The notes under the pieces are model-generated. The model was not told the DNA's origin. It saw nothing but the letters and a program-made list of their open reading frames with translations, and did no database searches. Of a stretch of DNA of 64,000 nt, positions 31,728 to 42,048 are shown one piece after another. The stretch comes from an uncultured archaeon (lineage in GTDB: Archaea; Asgardarchaeota; Lokiarchaeia; Sigyniarchaeales; SOKP01). The DNA lies in contig CAZALK010000001.1 of assembly GCA_964486045.1 (NCBI GenBank), positions 456,242 to 520,241 of the forward strand, given 5' to 3'. A program made the position numbers and the translations under genes. The stretch's first letter is position 1. Each line of letters begins with the position of its first letter.

Positions 31728-32867
31728 TTATTCTTCATCATATCCAACTAAAATTTCAGCAAAAATGGAGGAAATTTCAACAAATATGGGTATTTCTACT
31801 CTGCATAAATTTCCTAAGATCCATTTGTTTACATCTTTAATAAGAAATTTTATCTGTTGGTGAATTTTTTTATTGATTTCAGAATCTATAATTTTTGATA
31901 ACCATAGTCCCCCTCCCACTCTGTAGGCCACAATTTTAATCAACGGTCCAAATAATGGTTCCAGAACTTGTTTCATCATCCAAGATTTTGGAATAACACT
32001 CATATTATTTGCATCATAATTAGGATTGTTTAATAATGGATTTGTCTCATCAACCGAGAGTTTTGGCATAAAACTTAGTAGTAAAATTAATGCAAAAATA
32101 GCAGAAATTCCATTAATGGTAAAAGAACCCCCAATTTTGTCAAGATCGTCTCTATGTATAGCAATATTAGCAAGAAACATGCAAATGAATACATTTCTAT
32201 CAAATCCTTCAGATACATAAGCATAACCCAGTTCGGGATCAATTGTTAAATATTTTTCTTCAAGTAATCCAATGATCTCATCCGGGAATGTGTAAAAAGT
32301 ATAAATTTTTTCCTCGCTCTTCCTCACATCTTTTTTAATTAGGAGTTCTTTTGAAATGAGTCCAAAAATTTTCACCAATTCTTCAAGCTGATTTTTTACA
32401 TAATGGCGAGGTTTATTAGGATCTCCAAACATAGCATAAAATTGATAATCAACAATGTGAAAATCATTTCTCTTGCTAAATGCTTCAACCATCCTATCTA
32501 TTATTGGCCCTTGTGACCCTGATGCAATTGCTTTTGCCTTGGATGCGACAAATCCATTTAATAACTCATTTATAATGAAATCTTGCTCATGAGTTCTCGA
32601 TTTTAAGATCATTTCAAATGCTTTTGAAAAAATTTTTGTGTTTGGGAAAAATGCATTTTGGATTTTTTCATTTATGGATTTTATAAAGATATCTCCATCG
32701 TTTTTGGGAAAATGAAGCTTCATATTTGATAATCTTTGAATAAGGGCTGCTTTTGCCCCGGGGATATTTTCTACATCCCTTCTCTGCAATTCCTCAATTG
32801 CTAAATCAAGTCCGTTTTCAAAGTCCTTCAATAATGTTTTCCATGCAGTATCTTGAATTTCCCCCAT
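31728..32867 (-). CDS. Hypothetical protein
   Basis: 379-aa ORF with GGAG RBS. Confidence 0.75.
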   Translation of the reverse strand: MGEIQDTAWKTLLKDFENGLDLAIEELQRRDVENIPGAKAALIQRLSNMKLHFPKNDGDIFIKSINEKIQNAFFPNTKIFSKAFEMILKSRTHEQDFIINELLNGFVASKAKAIASGSQGPIIDRMVEAFSKRNDFHIVDYQFYAMFGDPNKPRHYVKNQLEELVKIFGLISKELLIKKDVRKSEEKIYTFYTFPDEIIGLLEEKYLTIDPELGYAYVSEGFDRNVFICMFLANIAIHRDDLDKIGGSFTINGISAIFALILLLSFMPKLSVDETNPLLNNPNYDANNMSVIPKSWMMKQVLEPLFGPLIKIVAYRVGGGLWLSKIIDSEINKKIHQQIKFLIKDVNKWILGNLCRVEIPIFVEISSIFAEILVGYDEE

Positions 32868-32892
32868 AAAATTAACTCCTTTTTAATGCTTT

Positions 32893-33861
32893 TTAATTAG
32901 AGACATCCCAATTTAATTCTATTGCTATAGTTTGAAGAATTTTTATAATATCGGCAATTTGCTTTTTATCATATATGTTCGGTGATGAAATTCCTCTTTG
33001 GGCTTTCCAACCCATCTGCGTACCCTCCCCCATTTCTCTTTGCCCAAATTTCAAGATATTACTAAGATCTCTTACCCACCAATAAAATCTTAGCCATTTT
33101 TTATTTGGATTGTCTTTTGAATAGATAATTACTGCTGCTTTCCATTCTCCCATCAACCACTTAACGGTTATACCGCTAACGGGTAGATAAAAATTTATTG
33201 GAAAATTTCCATGAAAATTTAAATCTATATCTGCTGAGTTAATATTAAAAATGGGCTGATTATAACCTTCTAAGATTACAATCTCACCACAATACTGACA
33301 TTCATAATGAGATTTTTTTTTATCCATTTTTTTTGAGCATTTAGGACAGGTTCTATTTTCTAATATTCTATATTTGATGATTTCTAGATTCCTCTCCTTT
33401 TCTAGCTTTTCTTTTGTTTTTTCCTCTTTTTTTCCGTAAGATCCGCTCCAATTCCAAATTTCATCAAAAGATTTATCAACCATCTTTAAGGCATAAATGG
33501 TATTAGCAAGAACATTTTTGTCATATATTTTAAACATACCTGTATGCTGTAAATTCTTCCACCAGGATAATCTAACATATTTCTCCTCTTTCAAATATGC
33601 ACTATGGCAAATTAATGCCGCAAATAATCGATTCTCAGTTTTATTTATGATTATTCCTTTTTCACAAATTTCAAATTGTTTATTTAAGCTTGCATTTTTA
33701 TGAAAATATTCCCCATCATAAAATTCTCCCAAATCTATTTTTATTTTTTCCTGCGCTTCAGCTTCTTCATCCTTCTCTTTAATAATTTTTTTACACTGAG
33801 GACACTGAAAAATACCAGCAACCAACGGCTCCATTTCAACATTACAAGATGGGCAATTCAA
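32893..33861 (-). CDS. Protein with two zinc ribbons, each followed by a PC4/YdbC-like domain
   Basis: CPSC..CPQC and CPKC..CQYC; repeated (Y/W)(V/L)R(L/F).WW...(F/P).IYDK motif. Confidence 0.6.
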   Translation of the reverse strand: MNCPSCNVEMEPLVAGIFQCPQCKKIIKEKDEEAEAQEKIKIDLGEFYDGEYFHKNASLNKQFEICEKGIIINKTENRLFAALICHSAYLKEEKYVRLSWWKNLQHTGMFKIYDKNVLANTIYALKMVDKSFDEIWNWSGSYGKKEEKTKEKLEKERNLEIIKYRILENRTCPKCSKKMDKKKSHYECQYCGEIVILEGYNQPIFNINSADIDLNFHGNFPINFYLPVSGITVKWLMGEWKAAVIIYSKDNPNKKWLRFYWWVRDLSNILKFGQREMGEGTQMGWKAQRGISSPNIYDKKQIADIIKILQTIAIELNWDVSN

Positions 33862-33863
33862 AG

Positions 33864-34964
33864 TTAATCATCATCACTAGTTATTAATAATCTTTCATAA
33901 TCCAAATTTAATAATTTTATTTCTTTCTTTGTTAAATTTGAAATTTCTTTATTTATTTCTACCAACTCTTTTCTATGTTCGATCAATGAATTCTGAATAT
34001 TAGTTAATAAATTATTTTCATTGTAAGTAACTTTTTCGATAAATTCAAGGTATTTGAGTTTTTTTTTCTTTCCAGAATAATTCCTCTTTAATTCAATTAA
34101 TTCTTGCCCTATTTGTATCATTTGATATCGTGTTTTTAGTAGTGAATATAATTTAATATTCCATTGTTGAAGTATGACATTGTCTCTACTGATTTTGCCA
34201 AAATTAAATTTCTCTGGCAGCTCAACTTTTTCATCTCTAAGATAATTTAAAATCTCTTTATCTTCTGCAATAGCATTATTTATTTTTTTTAAAAGAGGTT
34301 TTGTGTTTAAAACAGGATCAAAGATCCTTATTAATTCATTAATCTCTTCTTCAATTTCTTTAAATCGCTGATAGAATCCCTCTATTGTAATTTCGATCTT
34401 TATGGCTTGATAAACATTCCCAAATTGATCCAAAATATAGTATAAATCATCGGAAAGTGCATAATCATGTTCGTCAATTTCATATATTAAGGAGTGTATA
34501 ACGCTACTTTTTTCACACCTTACACCCTTTAATCTGGTGAGAGCTAAATTAAAGTTTCTCCTTGTTAAAGACTTAAATTTCTTATTTATTATTAAATATA
34601 AAGTATCATCCGGAACGGATATCGTGTCATGCTCAATCGTTATGGTTTCCACTCCTAATTTGATAACGAAGTCATCATCTTTTTGATCAAATTCTCTTTT
34701 ACTTCGAATGTTTTTAATTAATCCCAGATCAATGTATACATCGATAAAATCTTCATCCCAAAAGTTCACTATATTATTTTTATAGATTTCGTCTATAACT
34801 AGAACCCTATCATAGGATTCTATGAGTTGTTTGTCGCTTAAGTCTTTTAATAAATCATTTCTTATAATATAAAGGAAAAGTAGAATATATCTCATTCCCA
34901 GATCATCCATGATATTATCTATTAATTTGGCATCATCATCCAATGTCAAACTTTTATGTTCCAT
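33864..34964 (-). CDS. Hypothetical protein, putative wHTH plus coiled coil
   Basis: NFNLALTRL...YALSDD is wHTH-like; helical C-half. Confidence 0.65.
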   Translation of the reverse strand: MEHKSLTLDDDAKLIDNIMDDLGMRYILLFLYIIRNDLLKDLSDKQLIESYDRVLVIDEIYKNNIVNFWDEDFIDVYIDLGLIKNIRSKREFDQKDDDFVIKLGVETITIEHDTISVPDDTLYLIINKKFKSLTRRNFNLALTRLKGVRCEKSSVIHSLIYEIDEHDYALSDDLYYILDQFGNVYQAIKIEITIEGFYQRFKEIEEEINELIRIFDPVLNTKPLLKKINNAIAEDKEILNYLRDEKVELPEKFNFGKISRDNVILQQWNIKLYSLLKTRYQMIQIGQELIELKRNYSGKKKKLKYLEFIEKVTYNENNLLTNIQNSLIEHRKELVEINKEISNLTKKEIKLLNLDYERLLITSDDD

Positions 34965-35175
34965 ACCTAAAATCCACTCATTATTATTTAATCTGTGAAA
35001 ACATTTCTGTAAAAAAGAGTATTTTAACTAATTATTCATTCCTAAAAAATTTTACTAAATTCTGTTTAATCTTTTCATTTAAAAGCAAAAATTTTTAGTC
35101 CTTGTTTCTGTATATTTAATTAGCAAATTTTAATTATAGTTTTATAAATAAAATCAATTTTTGGAGATTATTAGT

Positions 35176-35754
35176 ATGGGACGTCGTAAAAGAAAACAAG
35201 CTTCACCAAGAAGGGTGAAACGGGTGCCGAAAATTTTCACCTGCCCAGAATGTGGGGAGAAGAGTGTTAAAGTCACTGACATTAAGAAAAAAGGAGCTTT
35301 TGCTACAGTAAAATGCGGAAATTGTGGATTGACGAAGGAAGTGTTAGTAAATTCAATATCAGAACCCGTCGATGCATTTGGGGATTTTATAGATATATTT
35401 TATGCTGATCAAGAACTTCAAAGATTAGAAAAACGTATTATAAAATTCAAAGAAGATAATGCATTGGGAGAAATTATATTATCTTATTCAATCTTATCAG
35501 ATCTTTGTAAAGTTAAAGCCGCTATATTATTAGACGAAGAACCAATAGATATAGATGCAGTAAATAGCTGGAAAATGAAAGCTGAAGAATATAAACGACT
35601 GGAAAAGGGTGCATTATTAAAACTTGATTCTGAAGAACTAGAACGAGGAGTTCGAACAGATGAAGAATCCTTGTTTACAGAGAGTGAGACCAGAATAAAA
35701 AAAGGACGAAAAATTGAAGATACCTTTGACGATCCTGGGTTTTTAGAATTTTAA
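35176..35754 (+). CDS. elf1: Transcription elongation factor Elf1 with C-terminal extension
   Basis: MGRRKRK...PKIFTCPECG..V.CGNCG...EPVDAFGDFID. Confidence 0.85.
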   Translation: MGRRKRKQASPRRVKRVPKIFTCPECGEKSVKVTDIKKKGAFATVKCGNCGLTKEVLVNSISEPVDAFGDFIDIFYADQELQRLEKRIIKFKEDNALGEIILSYSILSDLCKVKAAILLDEEPIDIDAVNSWKMKAEEYKRLEKGALLKLDSEELERGVRTDEESLFTESETRIKKGRKIEDTFDDPGFLEF

Positions 35755-36148
35755 ATTTTTAATAAAATTGTTTATCCTATTTTTTAGTGTTACAGTTCAG
35801 TTTATCAAGAATTGCGAAGAAATTTCTCTGGTGTAAGATAATTCTTTTTTATTTCAGAAGTTAAAGAGTCTCAAAGCTCTAATATATTTCAGATTAAATG
35901 GATAAATAGTCGCTTTTAATATAGGTTAGATTAAATTAAGTTAAGTTATCGAATTTTAGAAAAGGATTATTAGCTTTGGCACTTTTTGGGAGTAATTAAA
36001 ATATTTATTCTTCCAATATCTTTAGCTAAGGATGAATATTTTAATAAAACTTATGATTTTCAATAAAATTAAGTATTTAATATCTTAAATGGTAGAAAGA
36101 TCTCCAGATTTTCCCGAAATAAAAGGAAGTTGGACTAAATTTACCGGG

Positions 36149-36607
36149 TTAGCTTCCTTTGCGCTTAGCAAACAGGCTTTTTAATTCTCCCATGATAGCG
36201 CCTCTGAGTGAAACTGGATTTGCAGGGCGAGCAGGTGCGGGTGCAGGTCCTGGACCAGGTTTTGTACCTCCCGGGGGAGCACCCGGCGGAGGTGGTGCGG
36301 TTCTTGTTGGCCCTCCAGGCGGACCAGGTGGCGATCCGGGCGATCCTCCTGGTGCATCTGAGACAGCAGGACCAGCTGCTGCTGGTCTTGATTTAAGTGT
36401 AGTAATGTCTCTATTTACCGCAGTTAATTGGTTTTGCAAATTTGTGACCTTCGAATTGATATCTTGAATACTCACGTCTACCAAATCAGGTATTTTGAGT
36501 ATAATTTGCATTATTTTTTCAACAATATCTCCAAAAGCGCTTAATTTTTCTTCCATTGGGGCCTTTCTTGTACTCTCTAAAAAAGAGGAAAATTCTTCTG
36601 CACACAT
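36149..36607 (-). CDS. Coiled-coil + polyproline + C-terminal WH2-like helix protein
   Basis: INSKVTNLQNQLTAVNRDITTLK coil; PPGPPGGP..PPPPGAPPGG; SLRGAIMGELKSLFAKRK. Confidence 0.7.
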   Translation of the reverse strand: MCAEEFSSFLESTRKAPMEEKLSAFGDIVEKIMQIILKIPDLVDVSIQDINSKVTNLQNQLTAVNRDITTLKSRPAAAGPAVSDAPGGSPGSPPGPPGGPTRTAPPPPGAPPGGTKPGPGPAPAPARPANPVSLRGAIMGELKSLFAKRKGS

Positions 36608-36737
36608 ATTTCAAAACAATTTTATAATTTCAATTAAAATATTTCTATTAATTATATATATTTCTATTTAATAAATGTAAGTCTAAGGATAATAAGTCGA
36701 ATGTTATAAACAAATAAAAAAGAAGGGAGTAGCTTTA

Positions 36738-37361
36738 TTAGCTAAATTCTTTTATAGTATCTTTTAGTTTAAGCCAAAGAGCATCAATTTCTTCTCGTAC
36801 TTCCTTAAATTGATGAATTTTCTTAAGTAGGATATCACGGGCTCTATCAAAATCTCGTTGAACATCATTCAATTCTTGGTCAAGAATGTTTAATTTATCC
36901 CCATCAATTAGTTTATTTTTTGCTTTTTCAACATCTAGCGCTTTTTTAATCACAGTTGATCTTCTATTTGCGACATCAGATAACGCTTCCACGAATTCCT
37001 CCTTCTTAGCTACTAGATATTCTTTTTGAATGGCTATATCTTTAATTGCATTCAAATACGTATTATTTGCTTTAATATACTCATCATTCTGCTGAATTAT
37101 CTCTTTATATAACTGTACTTCTTCGTCTTTGATATTAGATCTATGCTCTCGAGCGAGAGTTTGCATTTGTTTTAACACATCCCTGAAAGTTCTATTCAGC
37201 ATTTCTCTTGTATTGTTAGTTTTTGAAATATTTTCAGCATATTTTTTTTGTGAATTGATCAAAGCACTTTGAGCTCTTGCTAGTTTCTTAAACTGGGAAA
37301 CGAGCTCCCTCTCAGCCCTTGCTAAGATTAATTCGTCTTCATGCGTAATTATAGGGCTCAT
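36738..37361 (-). CDS. All-helical protein resembling a BAR domain (SNX/Vps5-type)
   Basis: 207 aa in long helices; DKLNILDQELNDVQRDFDRARDILLKKIHQFKEVR resembles SNX-BAR helix 3. Confidence 0.55.
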   Translation of the reverse strand: MSPIITHEDELILARAERELVSQFKKLARAQSALINSQKKYAENISKTNNTREMLNRTFRDVLKQMQTLAREHRSNIKDEEVQLYKEIIQQNDEYIKANNTYLNAIKDIAIQKEYLVAKKEEFVEALSDVANRRSTVIKKALDVEKAKNKLIDGDKLNILDQELNDVQRDFDRARDILLKKIHQFKEVREEIDALWLKLKDTIKEFS

Positions 37362-37446
37362 ATATTAAATCTCCTACAATATGTACTTTTTTTAATTCTA
37401 TTGTTTAATATAAATCCTTCTGATAAAATAATAATGGAGCTTCAAT

Positions 37447-39174
37447 TTATAAATAATTATCCATCTTTTTCTGATCATTTTTAGTATTGTAAAATTTATT
37501 ATAGTCTATGTCTGGAATATTTGGTAATATCTGATTTGACAAGCTTTCGTATTGATTAATTATATACTCTTGCATTTTACTAGGAGGTATATAATATGGT
37601 ACTTGAATTAATGTGACATTATTTTGTTTACATAGATCTAATTTCATTAAATCATCTTCTTTTCTTTGTATGAGATCCTTTAAAGTCTGGTTAAAGTGTG
37701 TTACGGCACGATAATGTTGTTCTCCTTGTGCTTCAAAAGCCAGCTTTAAGTCTTTATTATAACCATCTAATTCCATTTGATTACCCCGAGAATTTATTAG
37801 CCAATTTGGTCGTTCCTTTGGAAATTCTTTTTGAAAAATTTCTTCGAAGAACTTCCTTGACAAGCTCTCAAATTTTCCTTGAGAACATTGAGGACACCAA
37901 TCACCTCTTATAAAGTTTGTTGGAGCGCTTTCAAATATATGGTTTTCACTACAGCGTATTTTTAACTTTTCATGTTGATTTTTGTAATCTTCTGGCATAG
38001 AAAGACATTTTCCACCTCTTTTTTCAATAAGTGTTTGAATATCCTGAAAAGACCCTCTTAGTTTTTCACCAATAACTTCGTAACTACATTTCCTACACCA
38101 TTTTCCTTGTTTTAAATTTTGAGCATTAATATTAAACTTATGACCTGCTTCGCATTCAATTTTGAATCTTGTTCTTTGATTGAAAAGTTTTTCTTTCGGA
38201 TCTTCATAGATAATTCCATTTAATTTACCACCTTTTTGAGTTATAATATTTTGATGTTCTGCTACCGAACCCCTCTGGTCATCTACTCGACTTTTTACAG
38301 CACATTTTGGACACCAAGTTTGGTTATGTATAACGGAATCTACACGAGTTTTCCATGAGTGTTTACATTTTCCACATTGGTATAATAATTTCGATTTGAT
38401 ACCTTTAAATTCTTCTGGAATTGATAAAATTTTTCCAGTCACTCCGGTTTTATCAATACCAACTTGCTTCACAATTTTTTTTAAATCTGTCAAAGTATAT
38501 TTTTTCATGAGATCTTTATATTCCTCTGCACCAATCAACTTTTTTATTCTAGATCTCATCGTTGTAATTCCAGGGACCTTTTGACCATTTTCTCGTAATT
38601 GATTTAGGACTATATTATAATTTCTATATTTCTTATAAAATTTTATCCAGTTTCTAACATCTTTTTCTGAATATTTCTTATTACCCAAATTAAGACTTTT
38701 AGTTTGAGATGGAATTATTTTTATTGTAGATCTTTGAGGTTCATTTTTTGTTTTCGTAATGGGTGAATATTTAATTCTGTTAATTCTGTTTTTAGATTTT
38801 TGGTTTGGATCGAATGTTGGTCATATAATTCTGTTTTTAGATCCATTTTTCGGATCGAGGGGAGATTTCGTGAGGGAGTTGCTGAGTTCTTTATTTGGCT
38901 GAGATGTGAGGTTAGTAATGGTATTTTTTGCATCTTTATTCATATCTGGTGGAGGTGGTTTAATGCTATTTTTAGTTTCTTGGTATGGTTTCGGTTTTTG
39001 ATTTTTAGTCTGCTGAATTTTCCCTGGTTGTGGTTTAGGGTTTTGATTAGGCGTTTGTTTCGGTTTCTGGTTAGCTGATTTTGAATTTTTTTCAGGGGTG
39101 GGTTTTGGGGGTTCGGGGTTAGCTTTTGGGCTCTGGCTAGGTTGAGATTTCGGACCTTTCGATTTGAAGCTCAT
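37447..39174 (-). pseudogene. Low-complexity leader + zinc-finger repeats + PD-(D/E)xK/Vsr-like nuclease, interrupted by one in-frame TGA (38821-38823)
   Basis: Track ORFs 38821..39174 and 37447..38688 are in the same frame and joined by an open linker. CxxxH..WCxxC repeats; MELDGYNKDLKLAFEAQGEQHY. Confidence 0.75.
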
Positions 39175-39379
39175 TTTATCATTTGAATTTTGTGAATTTT
39201 AACTATTTAAAAAAATGATAATTATACATTTATAAAAGAAAATTACCTCAAAGATCAAAATTGGAATCATTCATTTTAAGAAAATGGAGTCTTCTGGATT
39301 TATGGGTGCATTTAATTTATAGGATTATTCCAGATATACTCCGTATCTCAAAGGTTTAATCTTTTTAAGGAAAGTTAGT

Positions 39380-40417
39380 CTAAATAGGGAAAATTGCAGT
39401 TAAAATATTATCTTTATAGTTTGCTTTGATAATTTTTGCCTGGATATCCTTTCCTATTAAATTTTTGAAATCAATAAATCGCTTATTTACGAGTAATTTT
39501 ATCCCTAAATTGTTATTGGTGATTTTGCCAATGTATTCATATTCCCAACGACCCGGAGATACAACCGTTAATCCTATGATGTCACCTTTTTTAAGTTCTA
39601 AGGATGCTGGGCTCTTACGTTTGTGAATATTGAAATCACGTGGCCCAAGTTTTAATTTTATATCGTATTTCTTTTCTAATCTAGATAATTGCTTATAAAA
39701 ATAATCCCAAGTTTTTGGTCTGATCTTTTTTAATTTCCTTCCCGTTTTATACATCAAATATTTTTGAATTCCAATTTGAAGATTACGATCTGAAATACCC
39801 CGTTGTCTCCTCTCAATGATGTAGTTAATAATTTCTTCTATATCTTTATCATTTACTCCAGGGAACCATACTGGTGCTATTAATACATTTATTTTGGATT
39901 CAATGAGAACGTCAATGTTTTCTAAGAGCGAAATCATTTTATAGTCCTTAGAATTACATAAGTAGTTTGCTGTTTCCTCAATTAAAGAATTTAAGCTAAT
40001 GTTGATTCGAGTAAGATTAACATTTTCTAAATCTTTTATAACTTCAGGATTCAAGAGTAATCCATTAGATTGCATGGAAATTGTCTCAATTCCTTCTATT
40101 TCCCAAAGCTTTTGGATTAATTCAAGTAATTTAGGATAAATTAATATTTCTCCATACGGGGAAAAATGGATTTCTATACCATGTCGTCCTTTAATTTCGA
40201 TTAACTCATCCACTTTCTCGATTAAATAATTTGGATCAATAATAAAGTTATTAGAATAATCCCCAGCACTCACAAAACAATATCTACATTTTAAATTGCA
40301 TAGTGTCAAAGGTTTGAGTTCTATAACATTTGTCCCACGATCGATTACACCAATAAAATCAACACCAAATAAAGGTATTCCTGAATTTTTATCGACATAT
40401 TTAACTGAAGTAGTCAT
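39380..40417 (-). CDS. Radical SAM protein (archaeal, C-terminal TRAM-like)
   Basis: GIPLFG..FIGVIDRGTNVIE, CNLKCRYC. Confidence 0.88.
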   Translation of the reverse strand: MTTSVKYVDKNSGIPLFGVDFIGVIDRGTNVIELKPLTLCNLKCRYCFVSAGDYSNNFIIDPNYLIEKVDELIEIKGRHGIEIHFSPYGEILIYPKLLELIQKLWEIEGIETISMQSNGLLLNPEVIKDLENVNLTRINISLNSLIEETANYLCNSKDYKMISLLENIDVLIESKINVLIAPVWFPGVNDKDIEEIINYIIERRQRGISDRNLQIGIQKYLMYKTGRKLKKIRPKTWDYFYKQLSRLEKKYDIKLKLGPRDFNIHKRKSPASLELKKGDIIGLTVVSPGRWEYEYIGKITNNNLGIKLLVNKRFIDFKNLIGKDIQAKIIKANYKDNILTAIFPI

Positions 40418-40423
40418 AATTAT

Positions 40424-41500
40424 CTACCGAGTTTTATATCTTAAAATCCCTACTATTGATCCTAAATTCACCAATTGTTCTCCAGCAATATTTTCAGTGC
40501 TCATAATATTTATTTCTCCACCAGAATTTTCAACATTTGATATAATTTCTTCAATTTTCAACTTTTTTTCTTTTGAGGCTCCACGAATAACCAAATCTGC
40601 AATTAAAAGCTGTTGAATAGCACCTCTTTCAGATGCTTCAGATACTTCGTCTATCCCTATTAAAACTAGATCGGCATCATTAGAAAATTGAGCGAAAATT
40701 TTCTCAATTTTCCCTGTTTCTTGTAAAATTTTAACTTCATTTTTTAATTTGGCTAATTCCTTAGATTTCAGCGTTTCAACAATAGCACTTTCGGTTCCAG
40801 AGGTAGCATGACATAGTTCAATTTTAGCGGTAATGGTTAAATTTGGTAGTTTCTTTAAATATTCCATAAAATGTTTATTAGTATTTCCAGGACCAGATAA
40901 GACTATTAAATCAATTTCATATGCTTTTAGATTTTCCATAACTACTTTCCCAATGTCTTCATAAAATTCATTCAGTGCCGTATTACGATAGGATTGTTTA
41001 TATCTTTTTCCAGGGATATGCTTTTTTATTGTTGCTATCCTATTATAGCTAAAATTAGTTATAATAGCAATAGTAGCTAGTCCCGTTTCAATTGCTACAA
41101 ATAGAATAATAAAATTGGTTTCAAACTTGGAGCTTTCTTTAAATCTTTGCAATTCATGCTTAGACCACGTTTCCTTGATAATATTGATTTTTTGCATTAT
41201 TTCGATATTAAATGTATGGTAGGTTCCATAACTGACAAAATCATCAGGACCTTCCATAATTTTTCCTTTCACTCTTAATCGATTTGAAAACTCATGAAAG
41301 GAAATAGTTTCAGCTTTCAACTTCAATCTCATTGTCTTTCTTTCACCCTTTGATCCCTCTCTCAACACAATCCTTCTCTGTGTACGAGCAGATATTTCAT
41401 CTCCCTCATTAATAATGTTGTAAAGTGTCCACAAATCATTCAGACTTTCAGGAGTAACCGTGATTTCTTTTTGTTTTTGGTTAAAATTATGAATTTTCAA
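40424..41500 (-). CDS. pelA: mRNA surveillance protein Pelota
   Basis: PESLNDLWTLYNII, FHEFSNRLRVKG, GTYHT, IPGKR, LGSIVGILRY. Confidence 0.93.
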   Translation of the reverse strand: MKIHNFNQKQKEITVTPESLNDLWTLYNIINEGDEISARTQRRIVLREGSKGERKTMRLKLKAETISFHEFSNRLRVKGKIMEGPDDFVSYGTYHTFNIEIMQKINIIKETWSKHELQRFKESSKFETNFIILFVAIETGLATIAIITNFSYNRIATIKKHIPGKRYKQSYRNTALNEFYEDIGKVVMENLKAYEIDLIVLSGPGNTNKHFMEYLKKLPNLTITAKIELCHATSGTESAIVETLKSKELAKLKNEVKILQETGKIEKIFAQFSNDADLVLIGIDEVSEASERGAIQQLLIADLVIRGASKEKKLKIEEIISNVENSGGEINIMSTENIAGEQLVNLGSIVGILRYKTR

Positions 41501-41655
41501 GTCCTAAAATTAGCTCCTATAAAATTTCTCATTATTCGTTAGTTAGTATTAATTTACATTATAAAATAAGATTAATTTAATTAAAATCATGAAATACTAA
41601 TGCTAAAATAAAATAATTAAAAAAAAGAGAAAAAAATAATCTGTTTAACAAAAAA

Positions 41656-41811
41656 CTATTCTTTATTACCTAAAGCTTCTTTGACTTTCTCAAGTTCTTC
41701 CATACGTTTCTTTTTTTCTGTTTCCCTTTGCTGTAGTTCTGCATCATCAACTTTTTCGAGTGAGACACCTTTCTTAATTTCTTCTTGCATTTTCTTATCT
41801 ACTGGAGCCAC
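41656..41811 (-). CDS. 51-aa WH2/beta-thymosin-like microprotein (not in ORF track)
   Basis: GTG start after AGGGG RBS and TTTATAAG/TATAA-rich upstream region; MAPVDKKMQEEIKKGVSLEKVDDAELQQRETEKKKRMEELEKVKEALGNKE; T-run after the stop. Confidence 0.7.
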   Translation of the reverse strand: MAPVDKKMQEEIKKGVSLEKVDDAELQQRETEKKKRMEELEKVKEALGNKE

Positions 41812-42048
41812 TTTTTATCAACCCCTTTTATTTTAAATTGATCTGAAATTATTAATATTTACACTTATTATAATAGAATTTATTTATAAGGTTTAGTAGA
41901 AGCTAAAATTAAAAAGGTAAAGCAAGAATAAAGGTTTAAATTAAAAAGATAATCTTTAGTTCAATAAATATTTATTTAATGATAAAAAAGGAATTACAAT
42001 TTTATAACCGTCAATAAAAATTAGAACAATAAAATCCAACCGATAAAT

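Noticed and set aside
38821-38823. Selenocysteine recoding of the in-frame TGA
   Set aside because: The position aligns with Arg (CGA) in a low-complexity repeat of the paralog, not with Cys; no SECIS recognised.
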